From a virus (lineage: Duplodnaviria > Heunggongvirae > Uroviricota > Caudoviricetes), in IMG/VR virus record IMGVR_UViG_2740892271_000004: a stretch of DNA of 44,313 nt, one strand, 5' to 3'. Made by a program: the position numbers and the translations under genes. The notes under the pieces were generated by a model. That model ran no database searches and had not been told where the DNA came from. It saw only the letters and a list, made by a program, of their open reading frames with translations. This document shows positions 9,346 to 18,102 of the stretch, piece by piece (the first letter of the stretch is position 1; each line of letters starts with the position of its first letter).

Positions 9346-9565
9346 TCCCCATACAGGCCCGGAGATTGTCGAAATGCCAGTCGGTATTAATATATGAGCC
9401 ATCCTGGATATCTTCTGCATTTTCCGGGGTAGAGTTTTTTTGAGCGAGATTGATAATATGTATTGCCTCCTCACGGGAAATCAGCCCCTTATCGAACAGG
9501 GTTACCATAAGATTTCCAGCCATTGTGAATGCGGCAACATCAAGTGCATTTTTTATATCTGACAT
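9326..9565 (-). CDS. Hypothetical protein, opposite strand to the early operon
   Basis: 79 aa; SD AAGGA about 8 nt upstream of ATG at 9565; convergent with 9058-9345 (20-bp overlap). Confidence 0.45.
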   Translation of the reverse strand: MSDIKNALDVAAFTMAGNLMVTLFDKGLISREEAIHIINLAQKNSTPENAEDIQDGSYINTDWHFDNLRACMGITAEKD

Positions 9566-9592
9566 AGATTTTTCCTTTTATGTTAATTGACA

Positions 9593-9621
9593 TGGCGGTG
9601 CGGTAACACCGCCCATTTTTT
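9593..9621 (+). terminator. Intrinsic terminator, candidate early-operon terminator (Mu t9.2 equivalent)
   Basis: Stem GGCGGTG / CACCGCC with loop CGGTAA followed by CATTTTTTAT; about 8.95 kb from the prophage left end. Confidence 0.7.
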
Positions 9622-9635
9622 ATGGAGCCACGATA

Positions 9636-10148
9636 ATGAATCGCGCTTCCCTGATTACCTTAATACATGTCGCAAAACGCGATCTACAGCTTGACCATGA
9701 TACCTATACATCCGCGCTGCTGGCAGCCACCGGCAAATCCAGTTGCCGTGATATGTCACCCGGTGAGTTATCCCGCGTGCTGGATGTTTTCAAAAAACGC
9801 GGTTTTAAAGTGCGTCAGAAGCCGGTTAACCGGGCCTTAAAACCGGGTACGGTGACCGCCAAAATTCGCGCCATCTGGAAAGTGATGCACCGGCAGGGAT
9901 TTATCTCTGATGGCGGGGAAACGGCCCTTAACCGCTGGGTGAAATCGCAGACGGCCGCGCAGAACGACGGCGAAGGTGTGGCTAACTGGCAGTGGCTGGA
10001 GCAACAACCCGCGCTGGCCTCTGATGTGCTGGAGCGTCTCAAACGCTGGCACCGCCGCAAAATGCTGGCAGCCCTGGATATGTCGGAACGTGCAGTGATG
10101 AGTTATGAGCGTGTTTGCAGGCTGTATGAAAAATCATTCCCCCGTTAA
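9636..10148 (+). CDS. gemA: GemA-like protein (Mu gp16, DUF1018)
   Basis: 170 aa; MNRASLITLIHVAKRDLQLDHDTYTSALLAATGKSS resembles the Mu GemA N-terminus as recalled. Confidence 0.7.
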   Translation: MNRASLITLIHVAKRDLQLDHDTYTSALLAATGKSSCRDMSPGELSRVLDVFKKRGFKVRQKPVNRALKPGTVTAKIRAIWKVMHRQGFISDGGETALNRWVKSQTAAQNDGEGVANWQWLEQQPALASDVLERLKRWHRRKMLAALDMSERAVMSYERVCRLYEKSFPR

Positions 10149-10152
10149 CCCC

Positions 10153-10184
10153 AAATCCCGCCACAGCGCGGGATTTTTATTTTA
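10153..10184 (+). terminator. Intrinsic terminator-like hairpin after gemA
   Basis: 9-bp stem AAATCCCGC / GCGGGATTT, loop CACAGC, followed by TTATTTT. Confidence 0.6.
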
Positions 10185-10218
10185 AACTTGCCCTGTGTAA
10201 TGATGACCGGAGGCGGGT

Positions 10219-10641
10219 ATGGCTGAAACACAGATGAGCATGTTTGGTGACAGCGAACAGCTGCACGCGCTGATTGACCGTCTGGATGATATTCCTGATG
10301 ATGAGCTGAAAAAGAACTGGCCCGGCACGCTGCGGGACCTGGTTGATGTGATCAGTGCTGAACTGCACCGTCAGGGGATTGAACCTGCTCAGGCGGGAAT
10401 GCTTGCCCGTAAGGTTGCAGCCGCACAGGCCGGGTACATGGGCGGGCGTGGTTATTATCTCCCGGTCGGTGAATCCCTTTTCACCGAACTGCGCAATAAT
10501 GAAATTTTTTCCCGCTGGAGCCAGGGCGAAAAAATTGAAACCCTGCGCCGCCACTACCAGATGTCAGAGACGCAGATTTACTCCGTTATCCGCAACCAGC
10601 GTCGCCTGCATCAGGAACGCACGCAGCCACGGCTTTTCTGA
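10219..10641 (+). CDS. mor: Mor/C-family transcriptional activator
   Basis: 140 aa; acidic N-terminus and C-terminal HTH (ETLRRHYQMSETQIYSVIRNQRR) as in Mu Mor/C; only one family member present. Confidence 0.8.
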   Translation: MAETQMSMFGDSEQLHALIDRLDDIPDDELKKNWPGTLRDLVDVISAELHRQGIEPAQAGMLARKVAAAQAGYMGGRGYYLPVGESLFTELRNNEIFSRWSQGEKIETLRRHYQMSETQIYSVIRNQRRLHQERTQPRLF

Positions 10642-10657
10642 TATTCCGCAAATCCTG

Positions 10658-10662
10658 CCCCC
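10658..10662 (+). promoter_or_regulatory. Poly-C motif in candidate late promoter upstream of lys
   Basis: CCTGCCCCCTTTTCC 55 bp upstream of the lys start; similar C-runs upstream of I (18806-18812) and N (25041-25047). Confidence 0.35.
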
Positions 10663-10712
10663 TTTTCCTCACGGTTACGCTGACTCAGAGAACACCATGA
10701 GACAGCGTAACA

Positions 10713-11213
10713 ATGCCAAAACTCCCCGCACCCCTGCGTAAAAAGCTGATTGCCCTTGTTCTGGCCGGAGCCGGGACGTTCACCATTGCCACGCACTACA
10801 CCGGCTACTGGGAAGGGAAAGAAAACACCACGTACATTGATCCCACCGGCACCCCCACCATCTGTTACGGCCATACCGGCCCGGATGTGAAACCGGGGAT
10901 GACAAAAACTGATGAAGAGTGTCTGGAGCTGCTGGAAAAGGACATGAAATGGGCCTTTGCGGCTATCGATCGTCATGTTCAGGTGCCGCTTACCCGTGGT
11001 CAGACGGTGGCGCTGGCCTCCTGGATTTTCTGGGCCGGTGAAACGAACTTTCGCAACTCCACGCTCCTGCGCCTTATCAATGCCGGGCAGATGCCCGCGT
11101 CCTGTAAGCAGTATATCCGCTGGATTTATTCAAAGGGGGTAAAACTCCCCGGTCTTGAGGCCCGCCGTTCGGCGGATGAATGGTTATGTCGTTACGATTT
11201 GCCGAAAGTCTGA
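10713..11213 (+). CDS. lys: Endolysin, lysozyme-like with N-terminal signal-anchor (SAR-type)
   Basis: 166 aa; hydrophobic N-terminus KLIALVLAGAGTFTIATHY, then YTGYWEGKENTTYIDPTGTPTICYGHTG typical of phage lysozyme; Mu lys position. Confidence 0.85.
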   Translation: MPKLPAPLRKKLIALVLAGAGTFTIATHYTGYWEGKENTTYIDPTGTPTICYGHTGPDVKPGMTKTDEECLELLEKDMKWAFAAIDRHVQVPLTRGQTVALASWIFWAGETNFRNSTLLRLINAGQMPASCKQYIRWIYSKGVKLPGLEARRSADEWLCRYDLPKV

Positions 11214-11676
11214 ACCGCTTCTGGCGACCGCTCATGATTGCGCTGCTGTGTGCCGTTGTGCTGCTGCGGGGTGTGCTGTGTCTGCGGTGAACAATCCCTT
11301 ACCGGCCCTGATTGCCGGAGGCTGTATGGCGGCGCTGGGGGTGATGAGCGTGCTGGCTGCCGTGGTATGGGGAATGCACCAGAAGACGCAGCGCCTTGAG
11401 GACAATAATCATGTGCTTGTGCGTGAACGGGACGAAGCCCGTCTGGTGCTGGCAAACCAGCAACGCACCCTGCAACTCATTTCACAAATCAGCAAGGCGG
11501 CCACGAATGAAAAACAGCAGAACATGCAGCACAGCGAGGAACAGCAGAGCATTGTCCGCCGGTCACTGGCAACGGTGCCTGCTGCCGCTGTGCCTGTGCC
11601 TGATGATGTGGCTGACCGGGTGCGGCGGGCCGTCTGTGAAATACGTGCCGGTGAAGCCGGTGCCGATCCCCGCTGA
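11176..11676 (+). CDS. i-spanin (Rz-like), start uncertain
   Basis: TM segment LPALIAGGCMAALGVMSVLAAVVW followed by coiled-coil/charged region; directly after endolysin. Confidence 0.55.
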   Translation: MNGYVVTICRKSEPLLATAHDCAAVCRCAAAGCAVSAVNNPLPALIAGGCMAALGVMSVLAAVVWGMHQKTQRLEDNNHVLVRERDEARLVLANQQRTLQLISQISKAATNEKQQNMQHSEEQQSIVRRSLATVPAAAVPVPDDVADRVRRAVCEIRAGEAGADPR

Positions 11677-11878
11677 ATGGCTGGCTGACTGCCTGGTCCC
11701 TCCCGCGCCGCAGCCGTTCACGTTTGGTGCATCGGTCACTTACAACCTGCAACTGCTGGCGGTGATTAAAAACTGCAACGTGGACAAGGCCAGCATCCGC
11801 CGTCTGGAGACACAGCGACAGCATGAATTTACTGATATGGCCGGAACGACTGCTGTTCCGGCAGGAAAGACGAAGTAA
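11552..11878 (+). CDS. o-spanin (Rz1-like lipoprotein), overlapping i-spanin in another frame; start approximate (TTG)
   Basis: Signal peptide ending in lipobox LTGC (Cys codon at 11621), proline-rich mature part PVKPVPIPAEW...PPAPQPF. Confidence 0.55.
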   Translation: MSAGHWQRCLLPLCLCLMMWLTGCGGPSVKYVPVKPVPIPAEWLADCLVPPAPQPFTFGASVTYNLQLLAVIKNCNVDKASIRRLETQRQHEFTDMAGTTAVPAGKTK

Positions 11879-11888
11879 GGAAAAAGGT

Positions 11889-12116
11889 ATGGATGATTCA
11901 GATTGTGCTCAGGCAGTCATGGAGCGTGCAACAGAACGCGCCCTTTGTGACCGGCTGACACGTAAGCGCCGGGTGGCGGAGACACCGGGCAGGCGTGTAT
12001 GCGCGGACTGCGGGGGTGACATTCCGGCTGCCCGTCTGGTTGCCGTGCCGGATGCCATCCGTTGTGTGAACTGCCAGAACATCATGGAGGCCGGTCATGT
12101 GGGTCAGCATCGTTAA
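11889..12116 (+). CDS. TraR/DksA-family C4 zinc-finger protein
   Basis: 75 aa; CADCGGDIPAARL...RCVNCQ; SD before ATG 11889. Confidence 0.6.
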   Translation: MDDSDCAQAVMERATERALCDRLTRKRRVAETPGRRVCADCGGDIPAARLVAVPDAIRCVNCQNIMEAGHVGQHR

Positions 12117-12408
12117 AGATTATGTCGTGCCGATCCTGTCGGCAACGGCCACAGCCGGGGGGATCTTCATGGCGCTGATGCGCAAAACCTTTGTCCCCCG
12201 CGAGGCCTTTGAAAAACTCTCCGACCGGGTTGAGCGGGTGGAGAGCCGGATTTCCGGCCTGCCCACGCAGCAGGAGGTGAACAGACTCAATATCGAAATC
12301 ACCACCCTGCGCGGTGAGCTTAAGGCCACCAATGCCACCCTGAAATCCGTCTCCCATCAGAACGAACTGCTGCTGGAGCAGGCTGTAAGGAAAAAACACA
12401 ATGAGTGA
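12097..12408 (+). CDS. Mu gp25-like membrane protein (DUF2730; releasin-like)
   Basis: 103 aa; N-terminal TM VVPILSATATAGGIFMALM then coiled coil; GGAGG 6 nt before ATG. Confidence 0.55.
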   Translation: MWVSIVKDYVVPILSATATAGGIFMALMRKTFVPREAFEKLSDRVERVESRISGLPTQQEVNRLNIEITTLRGELKATNATLKSVSHQNELLLEQAVRKKHNE

Positions 12409-12691
12409 TTTCATTACTGAAGATCAGCGTCTTGTCATTCTGCGGTCGCTGGCGGATTACAACGGCGAACTGGGCGAATCCGTGCTTCAGGACTGCCTGG
12501 ATGATTACGGTCACCGCGTGTCCCGCGACACCGTTCATACCCACATTGCCTGGCTTGCCGAGCAGGGACTGGTGCGTAAGCGCACGCTTGTTAACGGTTA
12601 TTTCATCGCTGAACTGACCGGCCGGGGTCAGGATGTGGCGGAAGGCCGCGCCACCGTTCCGGGTGTGAAGAAACCACGCGCAAGGGGGTAA
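12401..12691 (+). CDS. Mu gp26-like small protein
   Basis: 96 aa, position between gp25-like and gp27-like. Confidence 0.5.
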   Translation: MSDFITEDQRLVILRSLADYNGELGESVLQDCLDDYGHRVSRDTVHTHIAWLAEQGLVRKRTLVNGYFIAELTGRGQDVAEGRATVPGVKKPRARG

Positions 12692-12693
12692 CG

Positions 12694-13275
12694 ATGGATA
12701 AGCCAGCGCGTGGCCGTGTACGCAAGGTGGATTTGCTCCCCGACAGCATCCGTAAGCCGCTGCTGGAAATGCTGCGTGAAAAACGTCTGACGCAGGTCCA
12801 GATCCGCGAGGAAATCAACCGTCTGATCCGTGAAGCAGGTCTGCCGGAAGAGCAGCAGCTCTCACCGGCGGCCATCAGCCGGGAAGCCTCCCGTAATGAG
12901 CTGATTGCCCGTAATCTGCGTGATTTACGCGAGCAGACAAAAGCCATGATGGCCGAACTGGGGGATAAGCCGACCGGTGAAACCACGGCACTGATTCTGG
13001 AGATGTCCCGTGCCCTGATGTACCGCCGTCTGCGTGCCGCCACCGAATCCCTGAACAGCGACAGCGATGTGGATATGCGCCTTATTAAGGACATCCTCCT
13101 GTCGGCACAGCGTGCAGAAAGTGCCGCCGAGCGCAGCATTAAGCGTGAAAAAGAAATCCGGGCCGCATTTGCTGAAGAGATGGCGAATGCGGTCACCGAT
13201 GAGTTGCGCGGCGTGGATGGCATGAGCGAGCAGATCGAATTCCGTATCAGGCAGATGCTGCTGGGTAAGGCGTAG
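12694..13275 (+). CDS. Mu gp27-like terminase small subunit (DUF3486)
   Basis: 193 aa, upstream of the large terminase as in Mu. Confidence 0.7.
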   Translation: MDKPARGRVRKVDLLPDSIRKPLLEMLREKRLTQVQIREEINRLIREAGLPEEQQLSPAAISREASRNELIARNLRDLREQTKAMMAELGDKPTGETTALILEMSRALMYRRLRAATESLNSDSDVDMRLIKDILLSAQRAESAAERSIKREKEIRAAFAEEMANAVTDELRGVDGMSEQIEFRIRQMLLGKA

Positions 13276-13285
13276 GAGGTGAATC

Positions 13286-13534
13286 ATGGCAACAGATAAC
13301 CGCTCACTGATGAGCAGTGCCCATCAGAAAGCATTCAGTCTTGCAACACAGTTACCTCCTGAAACCATAAAGGTATGTCGTGAGTTGACTGAACTCAGCA
13401 TTGCCGGGGAAATATCCCTGGAACAACTGCATTCGCTGCTGGCAGAGGCTGCCACTGATGAGTTGAGCGGCGTGGACGTGATGACTGAAGAGCTTGAGTC
13501 CCGAATCAAAAGCATTCTGACAGGTAAAGCATGA
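13286..13534 (+). CDS. Small hypothetical protein with C-terminus paralogous to gp27 C-terminus
   Basis: 82 aa; C-terminal TDELSGVDVMTEELESRIKSILTGKA versus gp27 TDELRGVDGMSEQIEFRIRQMLLGKA. Confidence 0.5.
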   Translation: MATDNRSLMSSAHQKAFSLATQLPPETIKVCRELTELSIAGEISLEQLHSLLAEAATDELSGVDVMTEELESRIKSILTGKA

Positions 13535-15198
13535 TGAACAAAGCCAGAGAAACGTCGCCTTCACTGATGCAAATGACGCCTCCCCGCAAAATTGATCTGT
13601 CAGGTGAAAAAGCCCTGCTGGGCGTGGATGTGCCGGACAGCCTTGATTTGCCCGGTGATATGCCGGTGTTTCTGGATTATCAGGCCCGCTGGTTTGCAGA
13701 TGAAAGTCAGGTCTGCATCGCGGAGAAATCCCGCCGCACCGGTCTTACCTGGGCGGAAGCCGGGCGTAACGTCATTACTGCTGCAAAACCGAAGCGTCGT
13801 GGTGGCCGCAATGTGTTTTATGTGGGATCAAAGCAGGAGATGGCGCTGGAATATATTTCTGCCTGCGCGCTGTTCTCCCGTGCCTTTAACCAGCTGGCAG
13901 ATGCTGATGTGTATGAGCAGACATTCTGGGATCGGGATAAAAAAGAAGAAATTTTGACCTACATGATCCGCTTTCCGAACAGTGGATTCAAAATTCAGGC
14001 ATTGTCTTCCCGTCCGTCAAACCTGCGCGGCCTTCAGGGGGATGTGGTGATTGATGAAGCCGCGTTCCACGAGTCACTGGATGAGCTTCTCAAGGCGGCA
14101 ATGGCGCTCACTATGTGGGGCGCGCGCGTGCGTATTATCTCCACGCATAACGGCGTCGATAATCTGTTTAATCAGTACATTCAGGAAGCCCGCGAGGGGC
14201 GCAAGGATTACAGCGTCCACCGCATAACCCTGGATGATGCCATTGCGGACGGGCTGTACCGTCGTATCTGTTACGTCACCGATCAGGAATGGTCACCGGA
14301 AAGCGAGCAGAAATGGCGTGATGATCTCTACAAAAACGCCCCGACCCGTGAGGATGCCGACGAGGAATACGGCTGTATCCCGAAAAAATCCGGCGGTGCC
14401 TATATCCCCCACGCGCTTATTGAAATGGCGATGATCCGCGACATCCCGATTCTGACGTTTGAAGCCCCGGACAACTTCATCAGCCGTGCCGCATGGCTGC
14501 GTGAATCGGAAGTTTTAACCTGGTGTGAAGAACATTTAAAACCGCTTTTAGAGAAATTAAATCCCCGTTCCCGCTTCAGCTTCGGGGAAGACTTTGCCCG
14601 CACCGGTGACCTGTCCTGCTTTGTGCTGCTGGAAATCACCGAATCCCTGGCAAAGCGCGAGGTGTTTCGCGTGGAGCTGCGCAACCTGCCGTATGCCCAG
14701 CAGGAACAGGTGATGATGTACATCCTGACCCGCGTTCCGGCGCTGGTCGGTGCGGCGTTCGACGCCACCGGTAACGGCGGCTATCTGGCAGAGGCCGCAC
14801 TGCTGGCCTTTGGCCCGGACATCATCGACTGCGTGATGTTGTCGCCGAAGTGGTACGGCGAGTGGATGCCAAAACTGAAAGCCGAGTTTGAAGATCAGAA
14901 TATCCTCGTCGCCCGCCATCAGACCACGCTTGATGATTTGCGCCATGTGAAGGTAGTGAATGGTATCCCGCAAATCGACAAGGGGCGCACGAAGGACCAG
15001 AACGCAACGGCTGCGAACGCCCGCCGCCATGGTGATTTTGCCGTGGCGCTCTGTATGGCAAACCGGGCGTCATACATGGAGGGCTTCATCCTGGATGAAT
15101 CAGCCTGTCAGGCGCTACAGGAGCGGTCGCGGGCAATGGAGGGCGGTTATCGTGATGACGATGAGGCATATCATGAATTTGATCGGGGGGGCTGGTAG
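13531..15198 (+). CDS. Terminase large subunit (Mu gp28-like)
   Basis: 555 aa; Walker-B-like DVVIDEAAF; position before portal. Confidence 0.9.
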   Translation: MMNKARETSPSLMQMTPPRKIDLSGEKALLGVDVPDSLDLPGDMPVFLDYQARWFADESQVCIAEKSRRTGLTWAEAGRNVITAAKPKRRGGRNVFYVGSKQEMALEYISACALFSRAFNQLADADVYEQTFWDRDKKEEILTYMIRFPNSGFKIQALSSRPSNLRGLQGDVVIDEAAFHESLDELLKAAMALTMWGARVRIISTHNGVDNLFNQYIQEAREGRKDYSVHRITLDDAIADGLYRRICYVTDQEWSPESEQKWRDDLYKNAPTREDADEEYGCIPKKSGGAYIPHALIEMAMIRDIPILTFEAPDNFISRAAWLRESEVLTWCEEHLKPLLEKLNPRSRFSFGEDFARTGDLSCFVLLEITESLAKREVFRVELRNLPYAQQEQVMMYILTRVPALVGAAFDATGNGGYLAEAALLAFGPDIIDCVMLSPKWYGEWMPKLKAEFEDQNILVARHQTTLDDLRHVKVVNGIPQIDKGRTKDQNATAANARRHGDFAVALCMANRASYMEGFILDESACQALQERSRAMEGGYRDDDEAYHEFDRGGW

Positions 15199-16787
15199 TG
15201 GGACGCATCATTGATACTGACGGAAAACCTTTCTCCTTTGACCCGGAGATGCAGAGTGCCGCGCTGGATATTCCGCAGATTGCCAGCCGTTATATTGAAC
15301 ATCCGGCTTCGGGTATCACCCCGAACCGGGCGGCGCAGTGCCTTCGCGGGGCTGAACGTGGCGATCTGATTGCCCAGTCCGATCTGGCCGCTGATATTGA
15401 AGAAAAGGACACCCACCTTTTTGCGGAGCTGGGCAAGCGACGTCTTGCCATTCAGGGGGTGCCATGGAGTATTGAGCCGCCACCGAACGCCAGCGCGAAT
15501 GAGAAAAAGGACGCGGAAATGCTCGACGAATATCTGCATTCCGCAGACTGGTTTGATGCCATGCTGTTTGACGCCACGGATGCCATCCTGAAGGGCTATT
15601 CCTGCATGGAAATTGAGCACGGGATGCTCGGTAAAATGCACATCATCCGCGCCATCCGCTGGCGTGACAGCGGGCATTTCTGCCTTAACCCGGATGATTT
15701 GAGCGAACTGCGGCTGCGTGACGGCAGCCATGCCGGGGTGGCGTTTCAGCCCTTTGGCTGGATAGTGCATCAGTCGCGTTCACGCACCGGCTACGGTGGT
15801 GCGACGGGGCTTGTCAGAACGCTTATCTGGCCGTTCATTTTCAAAAACTATTCCGTGCGCGATCTGGCGGAATTTCTGGAGGTGTACGGCCTGCCAATGA
15901 AGGTCGGGAAATACCCGTCCGGGGCAACACCGGAGCAGAAAAGTGCCCTGATGCGGGCGGTGATGGATATCGGGCGACGTACAGGCGGGATCATCCCGGC
16001 CGGGATGTCGCTGGAGTTTCAGGCGGCAGCGAACGGTCAGGCCGATCCGTTTGAAACCATGATTTCGTGGGGTGAGCGTTCCATCTCCAAAGCAATACTC
16101 GGCGGCACGCTGACCACAGAAGCCGGAGACAAAGGCGCGCGCTCGCTGGGTGAGGTGCATAACGAGGTGCGCCGGGAAATCAGGGATTCTGATTTACGCC
16201 AGCTGGCTGCAACCCTGAACCGCGATCTGGTGTATCCGCTGTATGCCCTGAACACCGCCCACGCCATTGATATCCGTCGCCTGCCGCGTATCTGTTTCCA
16301 GACCAAAGAACCGGGGGATATCACCAAAATAGCCAGTGCGGTGATGCAACTCAGTGCGGGGATGGATATTCCTGATCCCTGGGTACGGGATCAGACCGGT
16401 ATTCCACAGCCCACGCCCGGTGAAGCCATATTCCGTGTCCGTCAGAGCAGTAATGAACCGGCCATGCCTGACAGGGAAACGCTACCGGAAAAACAGGAAA
16501 AGACAGAACAGACGGCGCTTTCAGCCCGACTGCCGGAAGCGAAAAACACGCCGCGTGATGAACTGGACGACATGGGGGACGCGGTGCCTGCCCGCCGCTT
16601 ACAGGAGGCCATCGATCCGGTGCTGGAGCCGGTCATTGATGTCATCAGAACGCGGGGGCTGGCGGAGGCACTGGCAGACCTGCCTGCCCTTTACCGTGAA
16701 ATGGATGATTCCCGCCTGATGACGCTGCTCAGTGATGCCATGTTTGCTGCGGAAATGAAGGGGATGCTGGATGGCTCAGGGGATTGA
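15198..16787 (+). CDS. Portal protein (Mu gp29-like, DUF935)
   Basis: 529 aa, GTG start overlapping terminase stop. Confidence 0.9.
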   Translation: MGRIIDTDGKPFSFDPEMQSAALDIPQIASRYIEHPASGITPNRAAQCLRGAERGDLIAQSDLAADIEEKDTHLFAELGKRRLAIQGVPWSIEPPPNASANEKKDAEMLDEYLHSADWFDAMLFDATDAILKGYSCMEIEHGMLGKMHIIRAIRWRDSGHFCLNPDDLSELRLRDGSHAGVAFQPFGWIVHQSRSRTGYGGATGLVRTLIWPFIFKNYSVRDLAEFLEVYGLPMKVGKYPSGATPEQKSALMRAVMDIGRRTGGIIPAGMSLEFQAAANGQADPFETMISWGERSISKAILGGTLTTEAGDKGARSLGEVHNEVRREIRDSDLRQLAATLNRDLVYPLYALNTAHAIDIRRLPRICFQTKEPGDITKIASAVMQLSAGMDIPDPWVRDQTGIPQPTPGEAIFRVRQSSNEPAMPDRETLPEKQEKTEQTALSARLPEAKNTPRDELDDMGDAVPARRLQEAIDPVLEPVIDVIRTRGLAEALADLPALYREMDDSRLMTLLSDAMFAAEMKGMLDGSGD

Positions 16788-18102
16788 TTTAGGTTATGCC
16801 GCCACGCTTCCCTCAAAAGAGACGGTGGCATACTTCCGCGCCAAAGGGGCGCATATCAGCTGGAACTGGTTCGAAACAGACGCGGATGTTCATGCCCGCT
16901 CATTCACGGCAGCAAAAACGGCACGGCTGGATGTGGTAACCACATTACAGGCCGAAGTGCAGCGGGCCATTGATGAGGGGATTTCACAGAAAGAATTTAT
17001 CCGCACACTGACGCCACGCCTGCAAAAGCTGGGATGGTGGGGAAAGCAGATTGTGGTGGACAGCGACGGTAACGCGGAAGAAGTGCAGCAGGGCAGTCCC
17101 CGTCGTCTGGCGCTGATTTACAACGTGAACACCCGTGTGGCTTACAATGCCGGGCGTTACACGCAGATGATGAACAACACGGACACGCATCCGTTCTGGC
17201 AGTATGTGGCGGTCATGGACAGCCGTACCCGCCCGTCGCATTCCGCCCTTAACGGTCTGGTATTCCGCTATGACGATCCGTTCTGGAAAACACACTACCC
17301 GCCCAATGGCTGGAACTGCCGCTGCCGTGTGCGGCCATTGTCTCAGGCCCGTCTGGATGCAATGGGGTTATCCGTTTCATCCGGTGAGGATCATCTCTCC
17401 ACCCGCAATGTTGAGGCTGGCGTGGATAAACAGACCGGAGAAGTCAGAGAAATGCCGGTGACCACATATTCAGATGGCGCCAGAACCATGACACCGGATG
17501 TGGGCTGGTCATATAACCCCGGCTCGGCAGCGTTCGGCACAGACCAGGCGCTGATCCGCAAACTGATCGAGGTGAAAAGCCCGGCGTTACGGGAAATGGT
17601 GGTTCAGGAGATGAACAACAGCCCGGAGCGGCAGCTGGCGTTCCGCATCTGGGCAAAAAACATCATGCAGACCCGGCGAGGTGGTAACGATATCCGCACG
17701 CTGGGCTTTATGACTGAAAGCATTGCGCAGGCAGTGGAAAGCCGGACGGGAACGCCACCGGCCCGCCTGCTGGCGATGAGCGGTAAAAATGTGCTCCATG
17801 CGGACAGTGTGAAACATCAGAATGACGGCATCGCTCTGACGCCGGAGGACTTCGGGCGCTTACCGGCAATGCTGGCAAGGCCAAAAGCGGTACTGTGGGA
17901 CAAACGGCACAACAATCTGATGTATATCGTGGAAAATCAGGATGGCAGTGTGCAGATTGCCGTTAATGCACCGTACAGTCTGAAACGTCAGCCCGACAAA
18001 CTGGATGTGATTGTGAATGCTTACCGGGTTATCAATATGGATAAGCTGAAATCGGATATCCGGGGCGGAATGCTTGAGGTGCTGGAAGGACAAATTGATT
18101 AA
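16771..18102 (+). CDS. Head morphogenesis protein, Mu F (gp30)-like
   Basis: 443 aa, follows portal. Confidence 0.85.
   Translation: MAQGIDLGYAATLPSKETVAYFRAKGAHISWNWFETDADVHARSFTAAKTARLDVVTTLQAEVQRAIDEGISQKEFIRTLTPRLQKLGWWGKQIVVDSDGNAEEVQQGSPRRLALIYNVNTRVAYNAGRYTQMMNNTDTHPFWQYVAVMDSRTRPSHSALNGLVFRYDDPFWKTHYPPNGWNCRCRVRPLSQARLDAMGLSVSSGEDHLSTRNVEAGVDKQTGEVREMPVTTYSDGARTMTPDVGWSYNPGSAAFGTDQALIRKLIEVKSPALREMVVQEMNNSPERQLAFRIWAKNIMQTRRGGNDIRTLGFMTESIAQAVESRTGTPPARLLAMSGKNVLHADSVKHQNDGIALTPEDFGRLPAMLARPKAVLWDKRHNNLMYIVENQDGSVQIAVNAPYSLKRQPDKLDVIVNAYRVINMDKLKSDIRGGMLEVLEGQID

Noticed and set aside
11180-11290. 36-aa hydrophobic ORF (MVMSLRFAESLNRFWRPLMIALLCAVVLLRGVLCLR) overlapping the lys 3' end, possible holin-like peptide
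   Set aside because: Overlaps both lys and the i-spanin frame and has no clear SD; more likely an alternative-frame artefact, though a small membrane peptide cannot be excluded.
12603-13223. 206-aa minus-strand ORF, Arg/Ser-rich, antisense to the gp27-like gene
   Set aside because: Lies entirely antisense to a well-supported gene in a GC-rich region; composition is typical of spurious antisense ORFs.
16771-18102. Toxin-domain fusion at the C-terminus of the Mu F-like head protein
   Set aside because: Length is only slightly above typical Mu F-like proteins and no nuclease or toxin motif is recognisable in the C-terminal region by eye.
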